A DNA stretch of 60,978 nucleotides, counting the filler, from Sphacelaria rigidula (taxonomy: Eukaryota), in NCBI GenBank assembly GCA_964200075.2. It is 8 parts of 8 records of this genome, joined end to end, with 100 filler letters (N's around TTAATTAATTAA, not from the genome) between each part and the next. Parts side by side here need not be neighbours in the genome. Positions count along the whole stretch, not along the records: positions 45,811 to 53,344 come from CAXNAA020014461.1; positions 53,445 to 60,978 come from CAXNAA020014462.1; 6 more parts are not named here. One strand, written 5' to 3'. The position numbers and the translations under genes were made by a program. Below the pieces are notes generated by a model. It saw nothing but the letters and a program-made list of their open reading frames with translations. It did no database searches and was not told where the DNA came from. This document shows, one piece after another, positions 50,167-60,978 of this stretch. Every line of letters begins with the position of its first letter. Position 1 is the first letter of the stretch.

Positions 50167-50932
50167 GATCTGCTTTTGTAGGATTACACAAACATTGTCT
50201 GAGGTTTGAATTGTTGGGAACCATTAATGTCATCCCAAAAATGATCCATGAGTCATGCTACGATATGGGGGGGGGGGGTATTTTGGACAATTTTCTTCCA
50301 CGAAGCTCCACCTTCAATCATAGTTGAATACCAGCAACTGTTGTTCGAACTTGCTTGTTGACGATAAATAACGCTCATCCATAGTGTCTGGCATCATTTC
50401 TGCCCAATTCCAGTGCAAGTGATCTTGGGGGTGGAAAAAAATCGTAGTATCCTCTCTCGTTCTGTTAAACCTTCTCTGCTTACTCATTTTTCTTCAGCGA
50501 GTGGATATTTCAGATTTGTTTTGTCTTGGATGCGTCCATCATGTGACCATGGCTGGATCCCTGGGGGGTCAGTTATAGTGCCCCAATCATTTGATCAATC
50601 AATCAATCAAGCGCGAGTGGCTAGGTCCTCCAACAATCCCATGAGCCTTTTTTTCGTGGAATCCCCCCCCCCCGCTCCCCCTATCATGGCATGACTCCAT
50701 GAAATATGTAAAAACGCGCGACGATGGCCGTTACAATGAGCCCGATATATCCCAAATGAATTTTGAGAGCGGGAATGTCCTGACCCCTTGTACATGTGAA
50801 GCTCCTACATTCACGAGCAAGTGAACGAGGAAGATCTGGGCCCAAACGTGCATCCCATACCGTACCATGACTTAAGCACTCAAAGGTTCAAATAATTCGG
50901 TCACTCAACCTGTATTTTTATCCCGTTTAATT

Positions 50933-51237
50933 TGTGTGTATGTGTGTGTTTCCTCGGGATGAGTCCGTGGTCTCAAGGGACCAACCCATCTCTCTTCGGT
51001 ACAGTACACGCCTTGCATTTTTGGTCTCGCGGATTGGGTCAGCACTCCCGCACCGCTTCAACAAACGTCAAACGAACTCAGTCGACCGAAGTCGACTACT
51101 TCTTGTTTACTCGTGTTCTCACGCTATCCACGGTGGAAGTCAGATATTACGAAGGAAAAACCCAAACGCATCGGGAATCGAACATTCGTTCTCTCCACCC
51201 TATTGGCGACAGCCGGACCACTACACCACCGGGGCGC
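50933..51237 (-). mobile_element. tRNA-derived SINE with CA-repeat tail
   Basis: Minus strand reads GCGCCCCGGTGGTGTAGTGG (A box)...GTTCGATTCCC (B box), then a body colinear with 54734-55020, then a (CA)n tail. Confidence 0.8.
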
Positions 51238-54094
51238 GGCGGCAACCCGCACCACTTGAAAATCCACGGTTGTGCTCTGTGGGGTACGGGTGTGTTCGGC
51301 ACGGTATGCCATGTCGTGGAGATCTTGCAGGACTGCCGGGTATGGGTATGGGAGTCTTGCAAAACTTGAAGAACCTATCGGGTGCGTAATTAAGGTTGTA
51401 GAGAAACCCTTACCCGCTACCGAGTATTTCTACAAAGGGTATAATCACCCAGAACCGGTTGAGCCTCAACATTTCTTCGAGATCTTCAGGAGCTGTCGGG
51501 TAACTAACTGTATGCGAGGCTTACAGAACTCACCTTCCGGCCTCCATGACGGATTGTCCAAGCTCGTACAAAGTGCCTGGTGAATTTTGAGACGCGCAGC
51601 AATCGATAGAAGAAAGCAATCACGCACGCACGCACGGGGGAGGGAGGGGAAACAAACCACGGGTGTAAAGAGGCGCAAGAGGTTGGTTGGGCCCCACGAA
51701 GGAAAATGAAATATTACATACGCACTCAAGGATACTACGTTCTACCACTCCACTCCCACCAATCCAGCCCCGTGTTGCGTACAGCAAGTATCAGGTTGCG
51801 ACGGCATGGCCCAAGGGAATAACAGCCTCCAAAAGTGTCCAACCTCTGGCACATGACATATACTCGTGTGGACCCGGTGCTGAGAAAATTTCCCCGGTTT
51901 CTTACATATCATAGCTAGGGCTCGCCGCATGAAGTAAGCACAACCATACGGGTGCCCTACAATCTAGTGCATGGTGCCAGTAGTGCTGGCACGTCCCATC
52001 TGCACCTGCCCAGGTCCCACACTTCCTCCAAACCTAATCGCAACACTGCCCCTAATCCCAATCCCAACAATATCCCCTAATCGCTACCCCAATATGCCCT
52101 CTGAACCCAACACTTCCCCGAATCGCTACCGCAATATGCTCCCCAACACTACACTACACCCAATCCCAATATCACCACCCTCATTCCTAATACCAACAAC
52201 ACCCTTCACCCTATTTGACTTCAAACTTCAACACTTCGCACTGCCAGGCGAGTTCTAGAAGCTAACTCAACCGCTTTTTTGGCTACATTTTTCCGACTGA
52301 CGAGGTGCCAGCGACCGGCATGTCCCACTTGCACCCTCCAGACAGCAAGCCCTGTGAACACCATGCACTAAACAGGACGGGTACCAAGTACCCTGCACTA
52401 AAAGGATTGATTCGCTTGAAATACAGAAGAGTAGAACGGGGAGAGATGGGTTGATCCTTTGAGACCACGGACTCGTCCCGAGGAGGGGAGGGGTTCATAG
52501 TGCGACATAAAAAAAAAAGATGAAAAAACATGATATCCGTTGTGAACAAAGTGCACATGCACAGATGTACACACTTACACCTGTGAACAAGGACTGTAGA
52601 CATCGGGCTAATGTGCAAAAAAATAAAAATGAAGATGAAGTGAAAAATGTATAAGCTAATATAAATAGTAATAATATATATACAGTGAAATGAAACGCGC
52701 ACACAACACCATACCCTGGACAAAAGAATACACTGTAATAGACAATATATTCCATACTGTACGCACTACATTTTTTCACCATTTATCATATTGTCCAGGG
52801 TATCCACAACACCGCGTCTGAAAACAAAAGACATCGCGCTACACACATACAGTACATGGCAGTATCGCAGACGAGTGTACACAACTAGGACCCAAGTTCA
52901 TGAGAGTACGGCGGCGCGCGCACTTCACCAAGTTGACGGGAGGTTCTGGTGGGTCGGACCCCCACACTGCCTCGCGTAAAGCTTGCGAATGCTCGAGGCG
53001 CCTACCCTACATGACTACCACGAGGCAGTCTAGCCGAGACTCCCGGAAATCGGCACACGAGCCCGCTTGCGGGGTAAGTGTTGGGGTCAGTTTTCCTCCT
53101 TTTTTCAAGAAAAAAAAGGCATCATAGACACAGACACAAACGCGCGCACACACACAGACACTCACCTGCCACTTGCATACTGTTGGGCCCCAGCTTGGCT
53201 TCCTCGATATCCAAAGCCCTTCGGAAGTACGCCTCTGAGTGGGTCGGAGAAGGTTCCACAGCAATAAAAAGAAAAACGAATAATGAAAAAAAAGGGGGGG
53301 GGGGGGGGGGGGAAAAAAAAACAAAGGCAGACCCACACTTTTTTNNNNNNNNNNNNNNNNNNNNNNNNNNNNNNNNNNNNNNNNNNNNTTAATTAATTAA
53401 NNNNNNNNNNNNNNNNNNNNNNNNNNNNNNNNNNNNNNNNNNNNAGTGGCGTGTTTTACAGCGTCATCGCCAAGCGACGCCAACCCCATCGGGGAAATGG
53501 GGGGGGGGGGGGATATCACGTAAACATCGTAGTTGATGTTCGGTGCACCCACTCCATCGTAGGACAAAAGGGGGTATTCTGCGAGGTCCATGTGCCCCGT
53601 GGTGCTGTTTGGCCCTAAATCGCGATCTTTTTCTTCAAAGTTGGTGGACGAGATCTGCATAGGTTGTGGGTGTGTCACCCCTACGTCGGGGATCATGTTT
53701 GAGTGGCTTGGGCCTAGCATGGGCAGCTCCAACCTTTGCGTTCACCTGCACCCAGTGTTTGACTGAAAAAGGGGGTGGATGTACCCACTCTTGTCTACTT
53801 CCCTATTTTGTGTGTTCGCTACGTGTCGCTCGCTCCAACAACGAGCCAGCCATATGCCTGTTCAGGAACAGCGCTCTACTTTGTCTGACGTCGATGATAA
53901 ATGGATCAATTGATCATTTTTTTCTCAGTGTCATGAAGTCCACGTGATCTGTCTAGCATGTACCTACACACCCTTGAATCCGGTGAAAAAATGTTGATTT
54001 ACACGCTTACATTGCCGGCATGAGCTACATCACTTTATATATGAGGGATTCGCAGACGACGGGTGTGGCGTGCTATCTAACCGAGGACGGAGGG

Positions 54095-54350
54095 TGTGAA
54101 GACACGACAAGGATTTGGACTCGGTAAGCCTTGAGGAGTACGACTTATGACGATGTTCGGACTGGCCGACGGTGGGGCGTCTGACTTAACAGTCCGTGTG
54201 AGGAGCATAACCGTAGCGCGGACTAGTCATTGGAATATGACAGTTCCCAGGTTTACAGGCCCGGGACGATGGTCCGGGTTGACGGGCCTGGGTCATTAGT
54301 AAGCGGGTCGGGACACATACAGGTGGTAACCCCAGCACTCCCCAGTCACA
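54095..54350 (+). mobile_element. Candidate solo/3' LTR
   Basis: TGTGA...TCACA termini, 256 bp, preceded by purine-rich GAGGACGGAGGG; flanks GAGGG/GCGGT are imperfect. Confidence 0.45.
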
Positions 54351-54733
54351 GCGGTGATAGCCGGCTACTCAGCTGAAGCAAGAAGATAGGGGATTTCAAC
54401 CTCAGGGACAAGACCTGGTAACTTTATAAGTAATAGTTCAATCAGTACATGCGGAATAGGTTTAAGACAGTTTATCATACAACTTGTCTTGATATATGCA
54501 CACTGGGCGACATTGGCAATCGCTTGGACGAGCATGATACCGTGACTTTTTCAGAACAGAGATATTTGACTGAGGGGCAAATACATAACGTAAACAGTGC
54601 GCCGCGTTACCTGCAGGGTTTGAGTGACATAAAATACGCCGACGTGTACGCGCGTGTGGGTGACAAATATCATTTGCCTGGCTGTGGTGCGACCCGTGAC
54701 AAGAATGTCACATTCCGAAAAAACCGAGGATGC

Positions 54734-55020
54734 GCGCCCCGGTGGCGCAATGGTCCGACTGTCTCTATTTATTAGAGTAGAGAGAGCGTGGGTTCGACTC
54801 CCGATGCCTTGGGTTTTTTTCGAAATACCTGGTTTTCATCGTCTAAAGCGTGAGTACGCGAGTGAACAAAAAACAATGGTTGACTGAGTATGTTTGACGA
54901 GAACTGACGCGATGCGGGAGTGCTGACCCAATCCGTGACACCAAAATGCAAGGCGTTTATCAGGGGGAAATGAGTTGATCCCTGGAGACCACGGACTTGT
55001 CCCGAGGAAGGGAAGAACAC
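54734..55020 (+). mobile_element. tRNA-derived SINE (same family as 50933-51237)
   Basis: GCGCCCCGGTGGCGCAATGG (A box), GGTTCGACTCCC (B box), shared body GCGGGAGTGCTGACCCAATCCG...GAGACCACGGAC. Confidence 0.8.
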
Positions 55021-55026
55021 GGGATT

Positions 55027-58000
55027 TGTGACGACAGCAGGTTGCTAGTACTGCAGTGTCTAATGCTGTTGCGGGACTCCCCAGTTCCACTGGCCTCAGG
55101 TTTCAGTTGTCAGCCTTTACAACACCTCATCATTCAGGAGTGCCTCCCAGGCGGCTCCATAATCACATCAGGGTATCACCCCTGTGTCCATGTCATCACC
55201 CATGTCAACACTACAGATCCCAAGTCATCATCCAATCATCACTATGTACTCAACGTGACGGTGTGATTTCGTCACAGCACCCTCAAAGCGCGTTGGACGA
55301 GAATCGAGCTACAAGCTTGACACTCAGAAAACGCCAAACCGATGAGTAATTCACAATTGAAGACCAAACTCACTCGTAATGCGAGCAGCAACGGCACGAG
55401 TCACGCGCAATTTACGCAGTTTCTTCGTAAGAAATTCCGGAGCGACCTCAAAAATGTCTTTGAAAGGCTCCCACTTACGCTCCTCGACTTCGAAACCAAC
55501 CCAGTAGACAAACACAGTCAACAAATGATCATCTGCTTCTGCCACTCGGACAATACCAGCCATCTGAAATTGCCCCTGATTGAAAGCATGCTGGAACACG
55601 TCCTTAACGTCAGCTGTAACATTAAGCTGCGAGTCTGCATAAAAACGCAAACGAGCTACATGGGCGGACTAAACACGACCCAAAATAATGTTTTGAATCT
55701 CAAACACGTCCGGGTGGTGAGCACCAACCACTCTCCATGGACCAGTCCACGTCGCCATCAACTTTGGCGTAACTCCCGGGCGACGCACGCGTGCATACAA
55801 GACATAGTCGCCTACCTCAAAATTCGGCAATTCCAGCCCCGACGAGAACCCCTCACGTCTACGCGCACGTTCAGCGGCAACACGCTCCTGCACTTGAACG
55901 TGGAAACTTTCCTGCAACTCCAAAACTCCTTGCAACGCACGCTTCTGTTGCACACCGTCTAAGGCATCAAAGTTTCACTCCCCCGCCGATGAGGACGCCA
56001 ACACCGAGAAAGACGTCCGAGGTGGACGACCAAACAACACGTGATACGGCGTACTATCGTACCGACGGCGATATGCTGTATTCAGCGCCCATTGCACAGC
56101 GGGCAACACGTCCATCCACTCGGTCACCTCTCGACGCTGCTCGAGAAGAATAGAGCGAAGAGCACGAACTACTTCCTTAACCATGCGTTTGCACGTACCG
56201 TTAGACCATGGAGAATACGCTACCGCAAACCGGTGATCAACGCGCAAAGCCTCTCGCAATCAGACCAAGATCGCATTCTTGAAATGCGTGGCGGTATCAC
56301 TCACCCACACACGTGATGATAGAAAGCCTCATGCACCGGGTGCATTGTCGCGGGAAGTTGTAGGCCTGCCGTGGCCAGTTGAGACCAGGTATCGTTTATG
56401 TAATTAATTCACCCATTTTTGCCCACTCACACACACACATATACCGAAAACACACCTCTCACTTACACACAACTGAAAGAAGTGGGGTACTCATTCCTGG
56501 GAAAAATGCTCATACAAAATGACATGTCATAATCCTAGATTTTCGGCACGCGAAAAGGCGTGTGCCGCCCCAGCAGATATGCATTGCAACCACTACATAG
56601 GGTATACCTTAAATAATAGAATGATCTCTTATTCGTATTTCCTTTGCATGTCATGATCCAATCTCCATATCTATTTCCCTCGTATCCAGGCAGATCCTGG
56701 AGCGTAAGTATAATCGACTACGTGACACCCCCAAAGTTTTGCACCAATTCAGCAAAGACGCCGCAGTCGATTCAGCAGTACACACGGCTACTGGTTCCAG
56801 AGCCACAACATTGCTCAAATCATCCATGATTACCAAAATTTATCGGAACCCAGCATCCTCCGACAAACCTTGGGAAGCTAGCGGGCCACTCTTGCCCACG
56901 TGCAAGAAGTCAAAATGAACGACTTCATTCGGCGTGGTCCCATGGACCGTTTCACCGAGCGGGCGGGGAACAACATCGCCCGCCCTCGAGTCGGCACAAA
57001 CACACTGGCGAACAAATTCGCGCACATTAGTATCTATCCCCTGCCAGACACAAAACTCTTGCAAGCGCACGAGCATCGCAGCCACACCACGATGCCCGGC
57101 GTCGCGCATGTGCGCGCAAATCATCAGACGTACCTGCAACTGCTTGTCAGAGCTCGGAATCCACCAAACGTTTCGGCCACGCACATGTACACGAAACAGA
57201 CGTTCATTGTCCGAAATAGCAGTACCAACGTCCGACTCGAAAGATTGCACATCCGCATCTTCAGCCTCAAGATCTTTTCGTTGCGCTTGGCGGACAACAT
57301 AATTGGACGGCATCGAGTCATCAGGTTCACACGGACCATACACAGCCACAGCGCGCAGGCATTTGAATTGCAACTGTAGGCACCTGCATGGCCAAACTAC
57401 CCCGATGACACTCAAATGCATCCGGAAGATTGACACCTAACAATCAGGACGAGGATGGAGCAGCGTCACGGCATCAGCCACCAGATCCTTCGCTGCCGCC
57501 CACGCCTGCAGCCTGCCCTCCGTCAATGATGCAGCCTTCTTCGGAAACGCCATATTATCTGGACTGGACCACCCCGCCTGCAAATTCCGTAACACCAACC
57601 CGAGCGCCAAAAGAGCCGCCATGTACAATACCAACCAACTCGGGTTCACTGGATTGTACCGCCGCGGCTTCGTCTTCACTGCGGACGCCCCAGGTTTTGG
57701 CTGAACACGCATGGGCTCCACGCGCGCAGGGGGATCACCCCGCAGCGCACGACCAAACGCGTTGACGTGACAATGCAATATGCCGCGCAGGCGCTCCGCT
57801 TTTGAGACGCTGAGGCTTTTCGCCCCAGCATCCGTCACGCTCTCCTCCAGCGCGACTTTCCGAGCGGGCTCCTCATCCGCCGGATCAATAAATATCTTTG
57901 GGCCGCGCTCTACCAAGCGTTCCACCGCCGCATCCCGCTCCTCGGTCACCTGCCCTCCATCCTCCTGGAGAGCATCCACCGACAAGCTCACGTGACGACT

Positions 58001-58806
58001 GCCCAAAACGGCGGGGATCTCCAAGCATGGACCAGGCGGAGACATCCGGGTCTTCATGGAGTCCCACAACCGGCGAGCGTTGACTCCAATATCCTGAACC
58101 ATCGGCAGCCCAGAAGAATAACGCCATTCGACCCCGGAATGATCGCAGACAAGATCGGAGGCAACTGCGCCGGCCCTCAGGAAATCATCAAAGTCAGCTG
58201 CAGCGGAACAGTACGCTCTGTGACGTAAATATGCTGACCCGACGCGGTGACGGCCTGCCGCGCGAAAACGGAGTGCGCAGCGGCACACCCGGAGAAGACG
58301 CTCCAACATCTCTACAATCTGTACCGACAGACTCACATGACCCGTCCAGTGGGCGCCAGAATCCCACTTAGCCTCTACCGCAATGGCTCCCCGCGCCCGT
58401 TCATGTGGGAGATATAACTCTGCAGGAATATATTTGCCTTGATACTCGACCGGCACCTGCTCCGCCGACTGATTGTTCGTGATCCCCACTTGGCACCACG
58501 GCTGCGCGTGCGGCACAGGCATAGACGCCCCCGCTGGGGTCACCGGCGCCGCCGGCGGGTACGAAGCCTCGCCCGCAGAACCAAATTGCAGCGGTACTCC
58601 GGCCGACGCACCAGCGGGTCCAAATTTCAGCTGAAATCCGACCGGCTCAGCAGCAGGCGTCTCGCCTTGCTCTGCTGCCGGCGGCGCCGGCACTGAGCCC
58701 AACACTAGAGAGGTCGGTCCCACCTGCACCGCCCGTTGCAGAGCAGCAGCCCCTGCGGCTGAGCCGGACCCAGAACCGGACCCCTGCTGACGCCGCTGCC
58801 CCTGCC

Positions 58807-58856
<50 letters not shown>

Positions 58857-59240
58857 GAACTCGACTGTGCACCTCCACCGCTGGAGGATCCGCCGCCGCC
58901 GCCACCATGATTACCTTGTCTTTTGCCCTTGTGCTGACGATGCTAGTGGCGCGCGGCATGAGACTGCCCAGACTTTCCACCGGAAGACGTTAGGCAATCG
59001 CGTGCGTAGCGGCCGACCTGGCCACAACAGTGGCAAGTGCCTGCCGCATGCCCAGCATGCTTTCTGATCGCCGCAACCAATTGCGGCGGCGTTACTGTGT
59101 GCTTCACATGGAATCTCCTCGCAAAAACGCGTTGGAGGGGGGTAGGCACGAGTTGCGCCATGGAAACCACCTGATGCCTTACCGCACCCTCCGCATTCGC
59201 ATGCTCCACCCGCTTCTTGTATTCCACGTATCGTTCCAAA
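55027..59240 (-). mobile_element. Chromodomain-bearing Ty3/Gypsy element C, non-autonomous (gag remnant, protease, deleted RT/RNase H, integrase, chromodomain, 3' LTR)
   Basis: Gag with degenerate knuckle CHCCGQVGRYARDC; poly-CAG; protease WDSGAH; HHCC (AHMRDAGH...CVC); integrase VHFDFL/IMDD/WVSD/SPWSNG; GPF/Y-like WTGPWRV; chromodomain VYWVGFEVEERKWEP. LTR 55027-55276 has TGTGACGA...TCGTCACA termini. Confidence 0.92.
56317..56720. mobile_element. ~404-bp insertion (candidate solo LTR) in the integrase of element C
   Basis: Flanked by direct repeats (A)CGTGA at 56311-56316 and 56720-56725; removal restores ...WCKTLGVSRVWVSDTATHF. Confidence 0.8.
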
Positions 59241-60978
59241 TTTTAAATCAGTTGTTGTCTCAAGCTATTCCAGATTCGGCATTGGATTTTTGTGACAGAA
59301 AAAAAAGCAGAACTTTTCGAGAACTTTTAAAAAAACAAAGAGAACTTTTCAAGAACCGCTCAAAACATGACCTCATTATCTGCAGTACAGGGTAGTACAC
59401 TTAACATAAGACAATTCTGCAGTGGAATGTGGAGTGCAGAGTACTACACTGAACACAAGACAACCTGAAGACGGACTGCATACAGTATGACACCGTCACT
59501 ACTGTACTCTCTGTGCTTGCAAAGTACAGCCTGTACTCGGACAGGGGAGGTGAACAGCACGCTATCAATTGTGGATAGATACACTGCAGTAGCTGGGTAT
59601 ACTCTGTTATTTTCTGTTGGTGAAAACTTGCACGTCTTCTCTCATGGTGGGCATCAGCGACAGAACTGCGTGGTAGGGTGGGCAACCGAGTTGCGTGCAC
59701 GCTCATGGATAGTGCAGTCTGTACAACGCTGCACATTGCTGAAGTCCTTTTCACGTCGCACTCTAAGCAGGGAGAACTGATAGTCCTGGGCTGTCTGCAT
59801 TACATGTTGCCCGCTTCTCCTTCATATCCTCCTGAACGAAACACGCATACACGCACTCAAGACACCCTGCTTGCAAGCGGTGCAGACAGTACAGACCATG
59901 TGTATTGTACACAAGTGACCATGTGCCGTGTCATGAATTTCAGGCACAGGACACATACATGGAGATAATGTAATTTACAATTATTTGCGCGAAGGGCGAT
60001 CATGTCCGAGCGTTCAAGATCGGCACCCTGCAAACAGGGAGGGCCCGTTTAAAATCAGCCGAAGAACTCAAACATGGGACATGTCTTGTCTCACTGTACT
60101 GCAGCATAAACAGACCCACTTCCGCTCTCATGTGCTGTAGCTATCACTGTTGTGGGGTGTGTTTAGACCTTGCGAAGACGGTTTGGTCTCCGCTGAGATT
60201 GCTTGATGTGCTGTATTATTGTGTTCGTCTCTCTGTAACATGTAGTATCAGTCAGTCTGGACCCAACTGCATCAAAACGAGTTTTTTTTCGCTCAGATCG
60301 ATTCCACCGCTCCATTTTTTCGACCGAAAAGACAGGCCCTAACCACCAGTCTCAAGTCCTACAACATTGGAATAGTAATCCTGGCGTGCTCTCGCATATT
60401 TCCATAAGTCGTGTTTGGGGTGAGATAAAAGGCTCCCAACAATTTCGGCCTCAGAAAATATCTGTGTGTCCCTACCGTAGCATCCCTTTGCTAGCCCTTG
60501 CTAATCTACACACACCGGTCTTTGTTCGACAGCAAATCGAGTTGTAGCTGCTCATCAGCTTCGCACGTTGTGCGTGACCTTGCTCACATGTGTTCGGGAT
60601 TCATTGAGAAACAATAGTAGATCCTAGAAAATGGGGTTCATACAAAATATGGGGTTGGAGTGGCATTTCTCTTTTGCAGGGAAGACGCGAAACACTTGCG
60701 ACCGAGCGAAGCCATCTCTTCCCCCAAATGTCCGCAGGAGTTGAGCAGCTGTGGCTAGGTGCACCTAACGAGTGCGGTATACACGCGTGTCGATGGCGAT
60801 ATCACCAGAGAGAGAAGCAACGACAGAGAGGAAGCTCCTCGCCCGTGTCCTTGGTGTGTCCCCGCTCGGCGATCACCAGACTCTCGAGAGACTGGCCTCA
60901 TCGATCTTACCAGCATGTGCCAAATTGTTCATGTGCCAGAACATCGACGTGCGGAGAGCTTCCGCCGTCTCTTCTTGC

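Noticed and set aside
7537-53444. Regularly spaced TTAATTAATTAA as a biological periodic repeat
   Set aside because: It is embedded in fixed N runs; an assembly spacer.
60680-60978. Possible non-LTR RT fragment on the minus strand
   Set aside because: Only a vague motif resemblance, with stops, at the contig end.

Overview
Eukaryotic, intron-containing, transposon-rich DNA. It is most likely a stramenopile alga such as a brown alga (inferred from TTAGGG repeats, GC-rich exons with long introns, a bipartite-type presequence and chromodomain Ty3/Gypsy elements). The window is not one locus. It is eight contigs of 7536, 7535 (x4) and 7534 (x3) bp, in decreasing size order, joined by identical 44N-TTAATTAATTAA-44N linkers, so adjacency across linkers means nothing. 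Host genes are (1) a partial 5-exon gene for a very large PP2C phosphatase (16113-22111) and (2) the first two exons of a response-regulator gene with a probable plastid-targeting leader (32427-33775). Everything else is mobile DNA. There are three Ty3/Gypsy elements that all lack reverse transcriptase; two share identical deletion junctions and one has paired 280-bp TG...TA LTRs. There is also a decayed RTE-like LINE, tRNA-derived SINEs, candidate solo LTRs and many MITE/foldback elements. One 211-bp TGT...ACA MITE carries (TTAGGG)4 and splits an orphan ORF in frame. All alignments and counts were done by eye.
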